Assembly (NCBI GenBank): GCA_963786805.1
Contig: CAWBAK010000004.1
Coordinates: 101,388-165,387, forward strand
Direction: 5' to 3'
DNA: 64,000 nucleotides
Source: an uncultured Actinomycetes bacterium
Lineage (GTDB): Bacteria; Actinomycetota; UBA4738; HRBIN12
Below are positions 10,530-19,563 of the stretch, piece after piece. A program made the translations under genes and the position numbers. Under the pieces are notes generated by a model that saw nothing but the letters and a program-made list of their open reading frames with translations, was not told the DNA's origin and did not search any database. Position 1 is the stretch's first letter; each line of letters starts with the position of its first letter.

Positions 10530-11789
10530 TCAGGGCGCCTCCTCGAAGCGCATCGTGACCTCGCCGAATCGGACCTCGGCGCCGGGCTCGAGGGCCTGCT
10601 CGCGGTTGGCCTCGAGCACCCGACCGTTCACGGCCGTGCCGTTCGTGCTGCCGAGGTCGGTCACGCTCCACCCGGTACCGCGCGGCTCGAGCTTCGCGTG
10701 ACGCCAGCTCACGGTGCCCTCGGAGATCGAGATGTTCGCGTCGGGATCGCGGCCGACGACGACCTCGGCCGCCGCGAGCGCGAAGGTCTGCTCGGCGAGC
10801 GGCCCCGACTCGATGCGGAGCCGGAACGCCTTCGGCGCCGCCGGCTCGGGGACGGCGACCGGTGGAGGCTGAGGAGCGGTGACCGGCGGGGGTTGCGGGG
10901 TCGCGACCGGCTCGGGGGTCACCGGCGGCGGCTGGGGTGTCACGACCGGCTCGGGAACGACCGGCGCGGGAGTGGCGACGGGAGCGGGAGCGACCGCGGG
11001 CGGGGCTTCGGCGACGCGGCCTCCGACCGAGCGGAACGTGAGGTCGGTCTCGCCGACGTGCACGACGTCGCCGTCGCGAAGCGGGTGCGGCGTCGTCACG
11101 AGCTGCGCGTTCACCCAGGTCCCGTTCCGGCTCCCCAGGTCGCGCAGGTACAGCGCGCCCTCGTGAAGCGTGATCTGCGCGTGCGTGTAGGAGACGGCCG
11201 GATCGTCGATGGACACCTCGGCCTCGGGGTCACGCCCGAGCGAGATCTGCGAGCCGAGGAGCTCGTACCGGCGGCCACCGCCTTCCAGCGCGCCCGAGAT
11301 CCCCGTCCCGGGGATGCCGGTCTCCTCCAGCGACTCGGGGCGCACGAACAGTCCGGAGACGGCCGGACCGACCGGCGAGGGCGGGATCTCCGGCGCCGGC
11401 TCGGCCGAGACCGATGGCGCAGGCGTGGGCGCTGGCACGGGCGCCGGTTGCGGCTGCGCGAACGCGATCTTCGTGCTGCCGACCCGGATCGTGTCGCCGT
11501 CGGCCAGGGTCGTCGGCGCCGTGATCTGCTGCTCGTTCACGAACGTGCCGTTGCGGCTCCCCGCGTCGGCGACCGCGTAGACCTCACCGATCAGGCGCAC
11601 CTCGGCGTGCGCTCCCGAGACCATCGTGTCGGCGAGCACCAGGTCCATCTCGGGGCGCCGGCCGATCCGCGTGAGCGCGCCGAGCTCGATCGACTGGCCG
11701 CCCTCGACCGACAGCGTCGCGTTCGGACCGGCCTCGCCGCCGGTGGCCGCCGACGGCGGATCGAGGACGGCGACCGGTGACGCGGCCAT
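10530..11789 (-). CDS. Protein with three FHA domains separated by Pro/Ala/Val-rich linkers
   Basis: Three segments have the FHA signature (...IGRRPEMDLVLADTMVSGAHAEV...GSRNGTFVNEQ; ...LGRDPEAEVSIDDPAVSYTHAQI...GSRNGTWVNAQ; ...VGRDPDANISISEGTVSWRHAKL...GSTNGTAVNGR). The start is ambiguous between 11789, 11831 and 11969; 11789 avoids overlap with the upstream gene. Confidence 0.65.
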   Translation of the reverse strand: MAASPVAVLDPPSAATGGEAGPNATLSVEGGQSIELGALTRIGRRPEMDLVLADTMVSGAHAEVRLIGEVYAVADAGSRNGTFVNEQQITAPTTLADGDTIRVGSTKIAFAQPQPAPVPAPTPAPSVSAEPAPEIPPSPVGPAVSGLFVRPESLEETGIPGTGISGALEGGGRRYELLGSQISLGRDPEAEVSIDDPAVSYTHAQITLHEGALYLRDLGSRNGTWVNAQLVTTPHPLRDGDVVHVGETDLTFRSVGGRVAEAPPAVAPAPVATPAPVVPEPVVTPQPPPVTPEPVATPQPPPVTAPQPPPVAVPEPAAPKAFRLRIESGPLAEQTFALAAAEVVVGRDPDANISISEGTVSWRHAKLEPRGTGWSVTDLGSTNGTAVNGRVLEANREQALEPGAEVRFGEVTMRFEEAP

Positions 11790-11796
11790 CGCGGCC

Positions 11797-13224
11797 TCAG
11801 GGGGCGCGGGCAGCAGTGCCGGAGCGGCCATCGCGGCGACGGGTTGCGCGACCGCACGCGTGAGCGGCGAGACCGCGGCCGGCGAGCGGAGCAGCCGCGA
11901 GTACGTCGGCACCGCGCCGCCGAGCGCGATGCCGCGCGTCGCCTGCATCTCTCCGCGCGTCGCCGCCATCCACGCCGGGAGGTCGAACGCCGGGATCGAG
12001 CAGCCGGTCGCCGACGGCGGAGATGTCCGTCTGGTCCTCGATGAGCTTCTTCAGGCGCAGGCCGTGGCGGCGAACCTGCTCGGAACGGTGCCCGAGGAGG
12101 ATCGCGCCGACGAGATGACCGTCGTTCAGCACCAGCTTGCGGTACGCGATCGTTCCCTTGCCGCGCGGGAGGTCCGCGATGACGCGATCGCCCTCGCGCT
12201 CGATCGTGCGACCGAGCCCGGCGAAGTCGAGGTCGTACAGACGCGTCGCGTTGTACATCACGCCGACGTCGTACGAGACGTTCCCGCCGGCCATGTTCGT
12301 CCCTGCCACGCGGCCCTGCAGCCGCGCCGGCTCCCACAGACCGAGACCGCGCTTGTCGCCGACCTGCGGGTCGTAGACCTCGGCGACGTCCCCGGCCGCG
12401 TAGACGTCCGGCAGGTTCGTCCGCATCCGGTCGTCCACCGGGATCCCGCGGTTGACCGCGACGCCGGAGTCCTGCAGGAACCCCGTGTTCGTGCGGATGC
12501 CGATGGCCGCGCAGACGAGCTGCGTCCGCACCTTCTGGCCGCTGTTCTTGAGCTTGACCTCGTGGACGTGTCCGTGCCGGTCGCCGATCACCTCGGCGAT
12601 CTCCTCGTCCATCCGAAGGTCGCACCCGAACGCACGCAGTCGCGACGCGACGAGGTCCGAGCCCGTCTTGTCCAGGACGCCCGCCATGAACTCGCGCCCG
12701 CGCAGGATGTAGGTGAGGTCCGCGCCGCGCGCGCGCAACGCCTGCGCCCACTCGAGCGCGAGCGGCCCGCCCCCCACGACCACCGCCCGCTTCACCCGTC
12801 CGGACCGCAGGTCCTCCATGAACGTGCGCGCGTCCTGCATCGTGCGCATCGTCATCACGCCCTTGAGCTCGGCGCCGGGGAAGGGCGGCGGGTTCGGCGC
12901 CGATCCCGACGCGATGCACAGGCGGTCGTACGAAACGGGAACACCACCGCTCGCGAGGACGACCCGGCGGTTCGTCGTGTCGATCGCCGCGACCTGCGCG
13001 AGCAGGCGGCCGATCGAGTTCCGCGCGTAGAAGTCCGGCGGAACGGCGAACAGTTGGTCCTCGCGGAGCTCGCCGATCAGGTAGTTCGTGAGCGCCGCTC
13101 GGTAGTACGCGGCGTTCGGGTCGTCGGCGATGATCGTGATGCGGCCGTCGTGATCGCGGCGGCGGATGTACTGCGCGGTGGTCGTGCCGGCCGCACCGTC
13201 ACCGATGATGACGTACTCGGTCAC
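11797..13224 (-). CDS. FAD-dependent pyridine nucleotide-disulfide oxidoreductase (NAD(P)H:acceptor reductase family)
   Basis: N-terminal GxGxxG (VIIGDGAAGTT) and a second dinucleotide fold (VVVGGGPLALEWA), plus the AAGD motif. The GTG start at 13224 is preceded by the SD sequence gagggggag. The Arg-rich C-terminal ~70 aa look unlike protein, so the true end may lie elsewhere, possibly through another indel. Confidence 0.65.
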   Translation of the reverse strand: MTEYVIIGDGAAGTTTAQYIRRRDHDGRITIIADDPNAAYYRAALTNYLIGELREDQLFAVPPDFYARNSIGRLLAQVAAIDTTNRRVVLASGGVPVSYDRLCIASGSAPNPPPFPGAELKGVMTMRTMQDARTFMEDLRSGRVKRAVVVGGGPLALEWAQALRARGADLTYILRGREFMAGVLDKTGSDLVASRLRAFGCDLRMDEEIAEVIGDRHGHVHEVKLKNSGQKVRTQLVCAAIGIRTNTGFLQDSGVAVNRGIPVDDRMRTNLPDVYAAGDVAEVYDPQVGDKRGLGLWEPARLQGRVAGTNMAGGNVSYDVGVMYNATRLYDLDFAGLGRTIEREGDRVIADLPRGKGTIAYRKLVLNDGHLVGAILLGHRSEQVRRHGLRLKKLIEDQTDISAVGDRLLDPGVRPPGVDGGDARRDAGDARHRARRRGADVLAAAPLAGRGLAAHACGRATRRRDGRSGTAARAP

Positions 13225-13336
13225 GCACTCCCCCTCGGCCGCCGCGTCGAGCGCCCCGTGCGCCGACCGCGCGAGTTTCCTCCTTCCGTGCCCGGTCGAG
13301 CAAGCCAGCCCGGCCCTGCACGGAGCGCGAAGGGCC

Positions 13337-14243
13337 CTAGGGCTCGGTGGAGGGCTCGGCCATCGCCGCTTCTGCCTCGGCGATGAGCTGCTGCGCGGTC
13401 CCCCGCTCCTGCCCGAACGGCGCGGCCGCCAGGTACGCCTCGAAGGCCTCGATCGCCTCCTCGGGCCGGTCGAGCCCCCGGAGCAGGATCGCCCCGCGGA
13501 TGAACAGGGCTTCCGGGTACCCGGGCGCGGTCTCGAGCGCCCGGTCGACCGACGCGAGCGCCTCCTCGGGCTGGTGGGCCGCGTACAGGATCAGGCCGAT
13601 GTGCGCGTGCGCCTCGGCGTCGTCGGGATCGAGCTCGAGCGCGACCGCGTACTCCTCGAGGGCTTCCTCGACCCGGTCCGCGTCGAGGTACCGGTGCGCG
13701 AGGTCGAGCCGCGCCGCGAGGTCGTTCGGATGGTCGCGGACCCGCTGCTCGAAGAACGCGAACGGGTCATCGGAGGCGGCCGGCGCCGCGTCGAGGGCCG
13801 CCGGCTCGGCTTCGCGCAGCAGCCCGGTGACCGCGACGGCGACCACGGTGGATGCGAGGAGGATCGCGACCGCCCACGGCGGCACCCGCCTCGTCGTCCT
13901 TCCCGGTTGGTCCGGGGGCCCGACCTGCAAAGCGACGGCGCCGCCATCCGTCGCGACGGCCGGGCGCGGCGAGCGCCGTCCGTCGATCGCGCGAAGGAGC
14001 CGGGCGATGCGACTTTCCGTATCGCCGCGGAGCCTGTGGTAGTCGGCGTCCTCGAGCACGCCCGGAGGAGTGCGCCTCCTCGAGGTCGGCGAGCGAGCGG
14101 AGCAGTGCGACACGCCGGTCCTCCAGCGGATCGGCGAGCGGCTCGATCGGGACGGGATCTCGGCGCCGGAACCCCGCGGTGACGCCCGCGGCGGCGACGG
14201 CGGCGAGCGCGGCGACGGCCAGGGCCGCGACGAACGGGTTCAC
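13337..14243 (-). CDS. TPR-repeat cytochrome c biogenesis accessory protein (CcmI/CycH/NrfG-like) with two TM helices. There is an apparent frameshift near 14050-14075.
   Basis: The N-terminus, a TM helix and DRRVALLRSLADLEE lie in ORF 13767..14243. The sequence continues in ORF 13337..14113 (LEDADYHRLRGDTESRIARLL..., a second TM helix, then the TPR-like EALEEYAVALELDPDDAEAHAHIGLILY...). The junction contains an odd local palindrome, ctcgagcacgcccggaggagtgcgcctcctcgag. Confidence 0.55.
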
Positions 14244-14692
14244 GCGCCTTCCTCAAGGGAACGGAGGTCGACGTCGATGCGGCGCCGCTCGGCGTCCGAC
14301 ACTTCCGTCGGCTCGGCGCGCGGCCGGCGACGGACGACCAACGCCCACGCACCGATGCCGAGCGCCACTGCGGCGACGGGGATCGCGAACGGCAGGAGGC
14401 TCCTCGGCTCGAGCAGCACCCACTCCCCGTACCTCGCGACGAAGAACGCGCGCACCTCGTCTTCGGTCCGGCCCGCGCGGAGCTGGCCCTCGACCTCGGC
14501 GCGCATCTCGCCGGCCAGACGCGAGGGCGAGTCCGCGACGGACAGGTTCTGGCAGACGGGGCAGCGCAGGCCCGCCGAGATCGCCTGCGCACGGTCCTCG
14601 ATCGACGCCGGCTCCCCGCCGCCGCGAGCGAGCAGCGCCGCCGCCACGATCACCACCGCCGCACCGGCCACGAGCAGCCATGTCCGCTTCAT
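14240..14692 (-). CDS. ccmH: Cytochrome c-type biogenesis protein CcmH (CxxC heme-handling protein)
   Basis: A signal/TM anchor followed by LRCPVCQN (the CcmH CxxC motif) and a second C-terminal TM helix. The start overlaps the ccmG stop (ATGA), and the stop overlaps the CcmI-like start. Confidence 0.75.
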   Translation of the reverse strand: MKRTWLLVAGAAVVIVAAALLARGGGEPASIEDRAQAISAGLRCPVCQNLSVADSPSRLAGEMRAEVEGQLRAGRTEDEVRAFFVARYGEWVLLEPRSLLPFAIPVAAVALGIGAWALVVRRRPRAEPTEVSDAERRRIDVDLRSLEEGA

Positions 14693-15276
14693 GCGGACAC
14701 CTCGGTTCGCAGCGCGCGGTCGATCTCCTCGGTGAGCCACGAGTACGTGACCTCGCCGATGGTCTTCGCGGCGATCGTGCCGTCGGGGCCGATCACGAAC
14801 GTCTCCGGCACGCCGAACACGCCGTACGCGATCGCGGTCCGCGACCCCGGATCCATGACGAGCGGCCAGTCGCCCTCCTTCTCGCTCGCGTACTGCAGGG
14901 CGGTGCCCTCCCCGTCCTCGAAGACCACGCCGACGAAGACCACCCCGCGCTCGCGGTATCGCTCCCACGCAGCGACGAGCGCGTCGTGCTCCGCGTGGCA
15001 CTCGAGGCACCACGACGCCCAGAAGTTCACGACGAAGACCTGGCCCTCGGTCGGCCCCGAGATGTCGCCCTGCCCGCCGAGCTCCGGAAGCGCGAACACT
15101 GGTGCGCGGTCGGAGATCAGCTCGCTCGGCAGCTCGCGCGGATCGCGTCCGAGCCCGGAGGCGAGCAGGATCGCGAACGCGATGACCGGCACGAGGGTCA
15201 GCACGATCACCCGCCCGCGCGAACGCCGCGGACTGGGTTCCTCCTCCTCGCGCTCGAGGAGATCGACGTCGCTCAC
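14689..15276 (-). CDS. ccmG: Thiol:disulfide interchange protein CcmG/DsbE (thioredoxin fold)
   Basis: WCxxC active site (FWASWCLECHAEH) and a TM anchor. The GTG start at 15276 is preceded by the SD sequence gaggagg and overlaps the ccmF stop (GTGA). Confidence 0.75.
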   Translation of the reverse strand: MSDVDLLEREEEEPSPRRSRGRVIVLTLVPVIAFAILLASGLGRDPRELPSELISDRAPVFALPELGGQGDISGPTEGQVFVVNFWASWCLECHAEHDALVAAWERYRERGVVFVGVVFEDGEGTALQYASEKEGDWPLVMDPGSRTAIAYGVFGVPETFVIGPDGTIAAKTIGEVTYSWLTEEIDRALRTEVSA

Positions 15277-17291
15277 ACGCGCACCTCCTCGCGCGTCTCC
15301 GCGACCTCGGCCGGAACCGACCTGCGCCTCGGAGGCGATCGGGACGGCCAGGCGGCAACGAGCCCTCCGAACGCGATCACGAACCCGCCCACCCACAGCA
15401 GCCCGATCCCGGGGTTCACGAAGAACCGGAGCGACGCGGCCGGACCCTCCGCATCGACCGAGACGAGCGATGCGTAGAGGTCTCGCATCCCGTTCCACGG
15501 CGTGCCGACCCGGATCGACGGCGTTCCGATGGGCTCCGACGAGCCCGGATAGAGGTTCAGCGAGGGCTGGAGCCTCGCGACCTCCTCGCCGGTCTCGGCG
15601 TCGAACGCGGTGATCCGGGCGACGATCACGCGCCGGTGCGCCTCCTCGCGAACGTTCAGGTCGTCGAGCCGGAGCTCGTAGCCCTCGACGCGGGCGCGAT
15701 CGCCGACGCCGAGCGTGAGCTCGCCCGAGGCATCGCCGAGCGCGGCCCACGACACCCCGACGAGCGCGACCAGGATCCCGAGGTGCGCGACGAGGCCTCC
15801 GTACAGCCTTCGGTTCCGCGTGATCGCGGCGCGCGTCGCGACGCCCCACGACGTGGCGTGCGCGCGGCGTTGAGCGCGAACCCCGCGGACCATCTCGGCG
15901 ATCGTCGCCGTCCCGACGAACGCCGCGAGCCCGAACACCACGATCGCCGCCGTGCCGGCTCCGGCGAGCGCGAACACCACGGCGACCGCCGCCGCCGCCC
16001 ACGCCGGCACCTGCAACCGCCGCGCGACCGCCGACAGCGACGCCGCGCGCCACGGCAGGAGCGGCCCGATCCCCATGAGGAACAGCAGGAGCAGCGCGAC
16101 CGGGAGCGTGTTGCGGTTGAAGAACGGTCCGCCGACGGAGACCTTCTCGCCGGTCAGCGCCTCCACGATCAGCGGATAGATCGTCCCGACCAGGACGGTG
16201 AACGTGACCGCCAGCAGCAGGACGTTGTTGCCGAGGAACACGCTCTCGCGCGACAGCGGCGTGTCGAGCGTCGACTCGGCCCGCAGCGCGTCGCGCCGCC
16301 AGGCGATCAGCCCGAAGCCGCCGACGAGCACGAGCGTGAGGAACGCCAGGTACATCGGCCCGACGATCGACTGCGCGAACGTGTGGACCGAGGACAGGAT
16401 GCTCCCCCGCGTGAGGAACGTCCCGAGCACCGTCAGCGAGAACGTGCCGATCACGAGCGCGAGGTTCCAGACCTTCAGCATCCCGCGGCGTTCCTGCACC
16501 ATCACCGAATGCAGGAACGCGGTCGCCGTGAGCCACGGGAGCAGCGCGACGTTCTCGACCGGGTCCCACGCCCAGTAGCCGCCCCACCCGAGCACCCCGT
16601 AGGACCAGAGCGCGCCGAGCGTGAGCCCCACCGCCAGGAACGTCCACGCGGCGAGCGTCCACCGCCGCGTGATCCGGATCCAGTCATCGCTCACGCGTCC
16701 GGTGATCAGTCCCGCGATCGCGAACGCGAACGGCACGGTGAACCCGATGAACCCCAGATAGAGGAACGGCGGATGCGCCGCCATCAACGGATGGTTCTGC
16801 AGCAGCGGCAGTGGCCCGTTCCCGTCGGCCGGCGCCGAGGCGAGCGTCGCGAACGGCGTCGTCGGCCCGAGGACGAGCAGCAGGTAGAACGCGACGACCC
16901 CGTACATCGCCGCGAGCGCCCACCCGAACGTCTCGGGGCGCCGCGCGCGGAACCGGAACGCGACCGCGGCGAGGTACCCGCCGAGGACGAGGTTCCACAG
17001 GAGGAGCGAGCCCTCGTCGGCCGACCACAGCGCAAGGACCTTGAAGAACGTCGGCGTCGCGATGCTCGAGTTCGAGGCGACGTAGCGGACCGAGAAGTCG
17101 TTCGTCAGCAGGGCGACGAGCATCGCCACGTTCGCGACGAGGACGAGCGCGAGCACCGAGTAGGCCGTCGTGCGCGCGCTCTCGAGCATCGACGCGTTCC
17201 GCCGGCGAACGCCCATGACCGCGACGGCGCCCCCGTACAGCGCGAGCGCGAACGCGATCGCGAGCGAGACCGTCCCGACGAACGCGGCCAC
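15273..17291 (-). CDS. ccmF: Cytochrome c-type biogenesis protein CcmF (heme lyase subunit)
   Basis: A 672-aa polytopic membrane protein with the WGGYWAWDPVEN WWD motif and a CcmF-type C-terminal domain. The frame is intact. Confidence 0.85.
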   Translation of the reverse strand: MAAFVGTVSLAIAFALALYGGAVAVMGVRRRNASMLESARTTAYSVLALVLVANVAMLVALLTNDFSVRYVASNSSIATPTFFKVLALWSADEGSLLLWNLVLGGYLAAVAFRFRARRPETFGWALAAMYGVVAFYLLLVLGPTTPFATLASAPADGNGPLPLLQNHPLMAAHPPFLYLGFIGFTVPFAFAIAGLITGRVSDDWIRITRRWTLAAWTFLAVGLTLGALWSYGVLGWGGYWAWDPVENVALLPWLTATAFLHSVMVQERRGMLKVWNLALVIGTFSLTVLGTFLTRGSILSSVHTFAQSIVGPMYLAFLTLVLVGGFGLIAWRRDALRAESTLDTPLSRESVFLGNNVLLLAVTFTVLVGTIYPLIVEALTGEKVSVGGPFFNRNTLPVALLLLFLMGIGPLLPWRAASLSAVARRLQVPAWAAAAVAVVFALAGAGTAAIVVFGLAAFVGTATIAEMVRGVRAQRRAHATSWGVATRAAITRNRRLYGGLVAHLGILVALVGVSWAALGDASGELTLGVGDRARVEGYELRLDDLNVREEAHRRVIVARITAFDAETGEEVARLQPSLNLYPGSSEPIGTPSIRVGTPWNGMRDLYASLVSVDAEGPAASLRFFVNPGIGLLWVGGFVIAFGGLVAAWPSRSPPRRRSVPAEVAETREEVRV

Positions 17292-17292
17292 C

Positions 17293-17699
17293 TCAGCCGA
17301 CCTGCGCGGGGGAAGGCGTCTCGCCGGCCGCCGGCGGCCGGTACTCCTCGCCGTGCTTCACGAGCATCGTGTCGAGTGGAACGCGCCGTCCGCGCCATAG
17401 GTGCCTTCGAGGACCACGCCCGTCCCGTCCTGGAACAGCCCGGGCGTCGCGCCATCGTGGACGACCGTCATCCGCGTCGTGCCGTCGGTGACCACGAAGT
17501 TCACGATGCCGGAGAGGGTGTGCACCGATCCCGGCACCACCTGCCCGCCGAGCCGCAGCTGCTCGCCGGGTGCCGGTTGCTGTTGCAGCAGCTCGGTCGG
17601 CGTCACGTAGTAGACGAGGTTCCCCGAGAGCGCCCTGGTCCCGACCCACGCCAGGCTTCCGGCGATGAGGACGAGCAGCACCACGACCCGGAGGCGCAT
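17293..17699 (-). CDS. ccmE: Heme chaperone CcmE. A 1-nt frame change near 17385 moves the conserved C-terminal tail into another frame.
   Basis: MRLRVVVLLVLIAGSLAWVG (TM anchor)...GGQVVPGSV...VVHDGATPGLFQDG... lies in ORF 17358..17786. The conserved tail MLVKHGEEYRPP (compare LAKHDENYTPPE) is found only in ORF 17293..17649, which ends immediately before the ccmF start. Confidence 0.65.
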
Positions 17700-17845
17700 G
17701 GCCCCGACCCTATCGCGGGGCTTCGAGAACCGTCGAGGCAGCCCGAGCGCGGGTAGCGGGTCAAGCTGAGCCGCTAACCGCGTCAACTTCTGGCGCTGGT
17801 GGGTTCACACTGTCAGGGTGGCCGACCTGCCGGTAATGGGCTGCC

Positions 17846-17868
17846 CCGGAGCCGCGATGCCGCGGAAG
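17846..17868. terminator. Perfect 9-bp stem with a GGAA loop (cgatgccgc-ggaa-gcggcatcg) between the GntR-family gene and ccmE. This is a candidate factor-independent terminator with no U-tract.
   Basis: The inverted repeat is read directly from the sequence. It lies downstream of the 3' end of the minus-strand regulator gene. Confidence 0.3.
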
Positions 17869-17953
17869 CGGCATCGAAGGCTGAGAGGCAGGAAGTAGAC
17901 CCGGGCGGCCCGCCACATCAGATCCAAGCTGACCCACTGCCGAGCGCGTTCGG

Positions 17954-19441
17954 TCAGACGACGATGCGGACGGCGCGTGGTGCTTGGGTCGAGTCCCGCT
18001 CGTACTCCTCCCAGGCCCGGGCGAGGCGCTCGACGCCCTCGCGCATCGGGTCGGGCTCGAGCACGAACGGCAGACGAACGCGATCCGGGAAGTTGCCGTC
18101 GACCGAGGTCATCGGTCCGGGCACGACAGTCACGCCGTGACGAGTGGCGACGTGCGAGAACGCGGTCGCATCGGCATCGGCGAGCCGGACCCAGAGGCAT
18201 AGGCCACCAGCCGGCGCGTCCCAGGTCCACGCGGGGAGGTGCTCGCGGAGGAGGCCCTCGAGCGTCTCCTTGCGCTCTTGGAGCAGCGCTCGGCGCTCGA
18301 CGAGGATCTCGTCCAGGTCCTCGAGCAGGGGCAGCGCAAGGATCTGGCTGACGGTCGACGTCCCGTGGTCAGTCACGAGCTTCATCCGCGCGAGCCGCTG
18401 AACGATCGGCGCCGGCGCGCGGATCCATCCGATCCGAAGGCCGCCCCACAGGATCTTGGAGAGCGAGCCGATCGACAGGACGGGCACGTCGCCCTGGAAC
18501 GCGCCGATCGGCGGCGGCGGGTCACCGCCGAGCGTGAGGTCGGCGACCGTGAGGTCCTCGACGATCGGCACCTGGAGCTCCTGCGCGAGCTCGGCCACCT
18601 CGCGCCGCTCGCGCTCGGGCATCAGCGTGCCGGTCGGGTTGTGGAACGTCGGCATGAGGTAGGCGAGCCGAGGCGAGGTCGCGACGATCGCGTCGCGCAG
18701 GCGTTCGGGCCGCAGGCCTTGCACGCCGATCGGCACCGAGACCAGGCGCGCACCCGAGGCCGTGAACATGTCGATCGCGGTCAGGTACGTGGGGTCCTCG
18801 ACGAGCGCGACGTCGCCGGGCCGCGCGTAGAGCGCGGCGGCGAGACCGACCGCCTGTTGCGCGCCGGTCGTGACGATGACCTCGTCCGTCGTCGTCGGCA
18901 TGCGCCAGCGCCGGGTGAGGTGGTCGGCGATCGCGGCGCGGAGCGGCGCGTGCCCGATCGCCTCGTAGCCGATCCCGTCGCGCGCGGCGCGGTCAATCTC
19001 CTCGAGCGCGCGCGACATGCCGGGCCGCGAGAACAGGTCGCCCGCGGCCAGCGCCGCGCAGGTGAACTCGATCCCCTCGCCGGGTCCCTCGATCAGTGCC
19101 CGGAACGACGTCGTCGCCCGCCCGACGAACCCGGCACGGTCCTCGCCGAAGCGCACGACCGACGCGTGCCGGCGGACCCACGTCCCGCTCCCCTGCCGGC
19201 TCTCGAGCCAGCCCTCCTCGCGGAGGAGGTCGTACGCGGCGACCACCGTGCTCCGGCTGACGGAGAGCTCGGCGGCGAGCGCTCGCTCGGTCGGCAGGCG
19301 GGTCCCGCTCGGCATCTCGGCGCGGCGGATCGCGCCGCGGATCGACTCGGCCAGGCGCCGGTACAGCGGGCCCGGCCCGTTCGCCGTCCACCCCGCGAGC
19401 GAGGGTCCGAGGCCGGTGCCCGGGAGCTGCGCCGTCGCCAT
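17954..19441 (-). CDS. MocR/GabR-type regulator: a GntR-family wHTH domain fused to a fold-type I aminotransferase-like domain
   Basis: N-terminal HTH (LPTERALAAELSVSRSTVVAAYDLL) and a C-terminal PLP-aminotransferase-like domain containing SLSKILWGGLRIGW. Confidence 0.8.
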   Translation of the reverse strand: MATAQLPGTGLGPSLAGWTANGPGPLYRRLAESIRGAIRRAEMPSGTRLPTERALAAELSVSRSTVVAAYDLLREEGWLESRQGSGTWVRRHASVVRFGEDRAGFVGRATTSFRALIEGPGEGIEFTCAALAAGDLFSRPGMSRALEEIDRAARDGIGYEAIGHAPLRAAIADHLTRRWRMPTTTDEVIVTTGAQQAVGLAAALYARPGDVALVEDPTYLTAIDMFTASGARLVSVPIGVQGLRPERLRDAIVATSPRLAYLMPTFHNPTGTLMPERERREVAELAQELQVPIVEDLTVADLTLGGDPPPPIGAFQGDVPVLSIGSLSKILWGGLRIGWIRAPAPIVQRLARMKLVTDHGTSTVSQILALPLLEDLDEILVERRALLQERKETLEGLLREHLPAWTWDAPAGGLCLWVRLADADATAFSHVATRHGVTVVPGPMTSVDGNFPDRVRLPFVLEPDPMREGVERLARAWEEYERDSTQAPRAVRIVV

Positions 19442-19563
19442 CTTCGATCCAATCTGGCCGGATTGGCCGTGGAGTGGTCCGGTCTGCGCGGCCGATTATC
19501 GAACCGGCAGGCACGAACGGCGCAACCCGGATTGGCCGGGGATTGGACTCGGGTTCGGAGGCC
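19442..19563. promoter_or_regulatory. Divergent intergenic region between the MocR-type regulator and azlCD, carrying three or four GGATTGG direct repeats (CCGGATTGGCC twice)
   Basis: CCGGATTGGCC occurs at 19457-19467 and 19526-19536, GGGGATTGGAC at 19537-19547, and CCGATTATCG at about 19491. MocR regulators typically bind direct repeats. Confidence 0.4.

Noticed and set aside
15636-17756. 706-aa plus-strand ORF antisense to ccmF
   Set aside because: Extremely Arg/Glu/Asp-rich with no hydrophobic structure. ccmF on the minus strand is intact and conserved.
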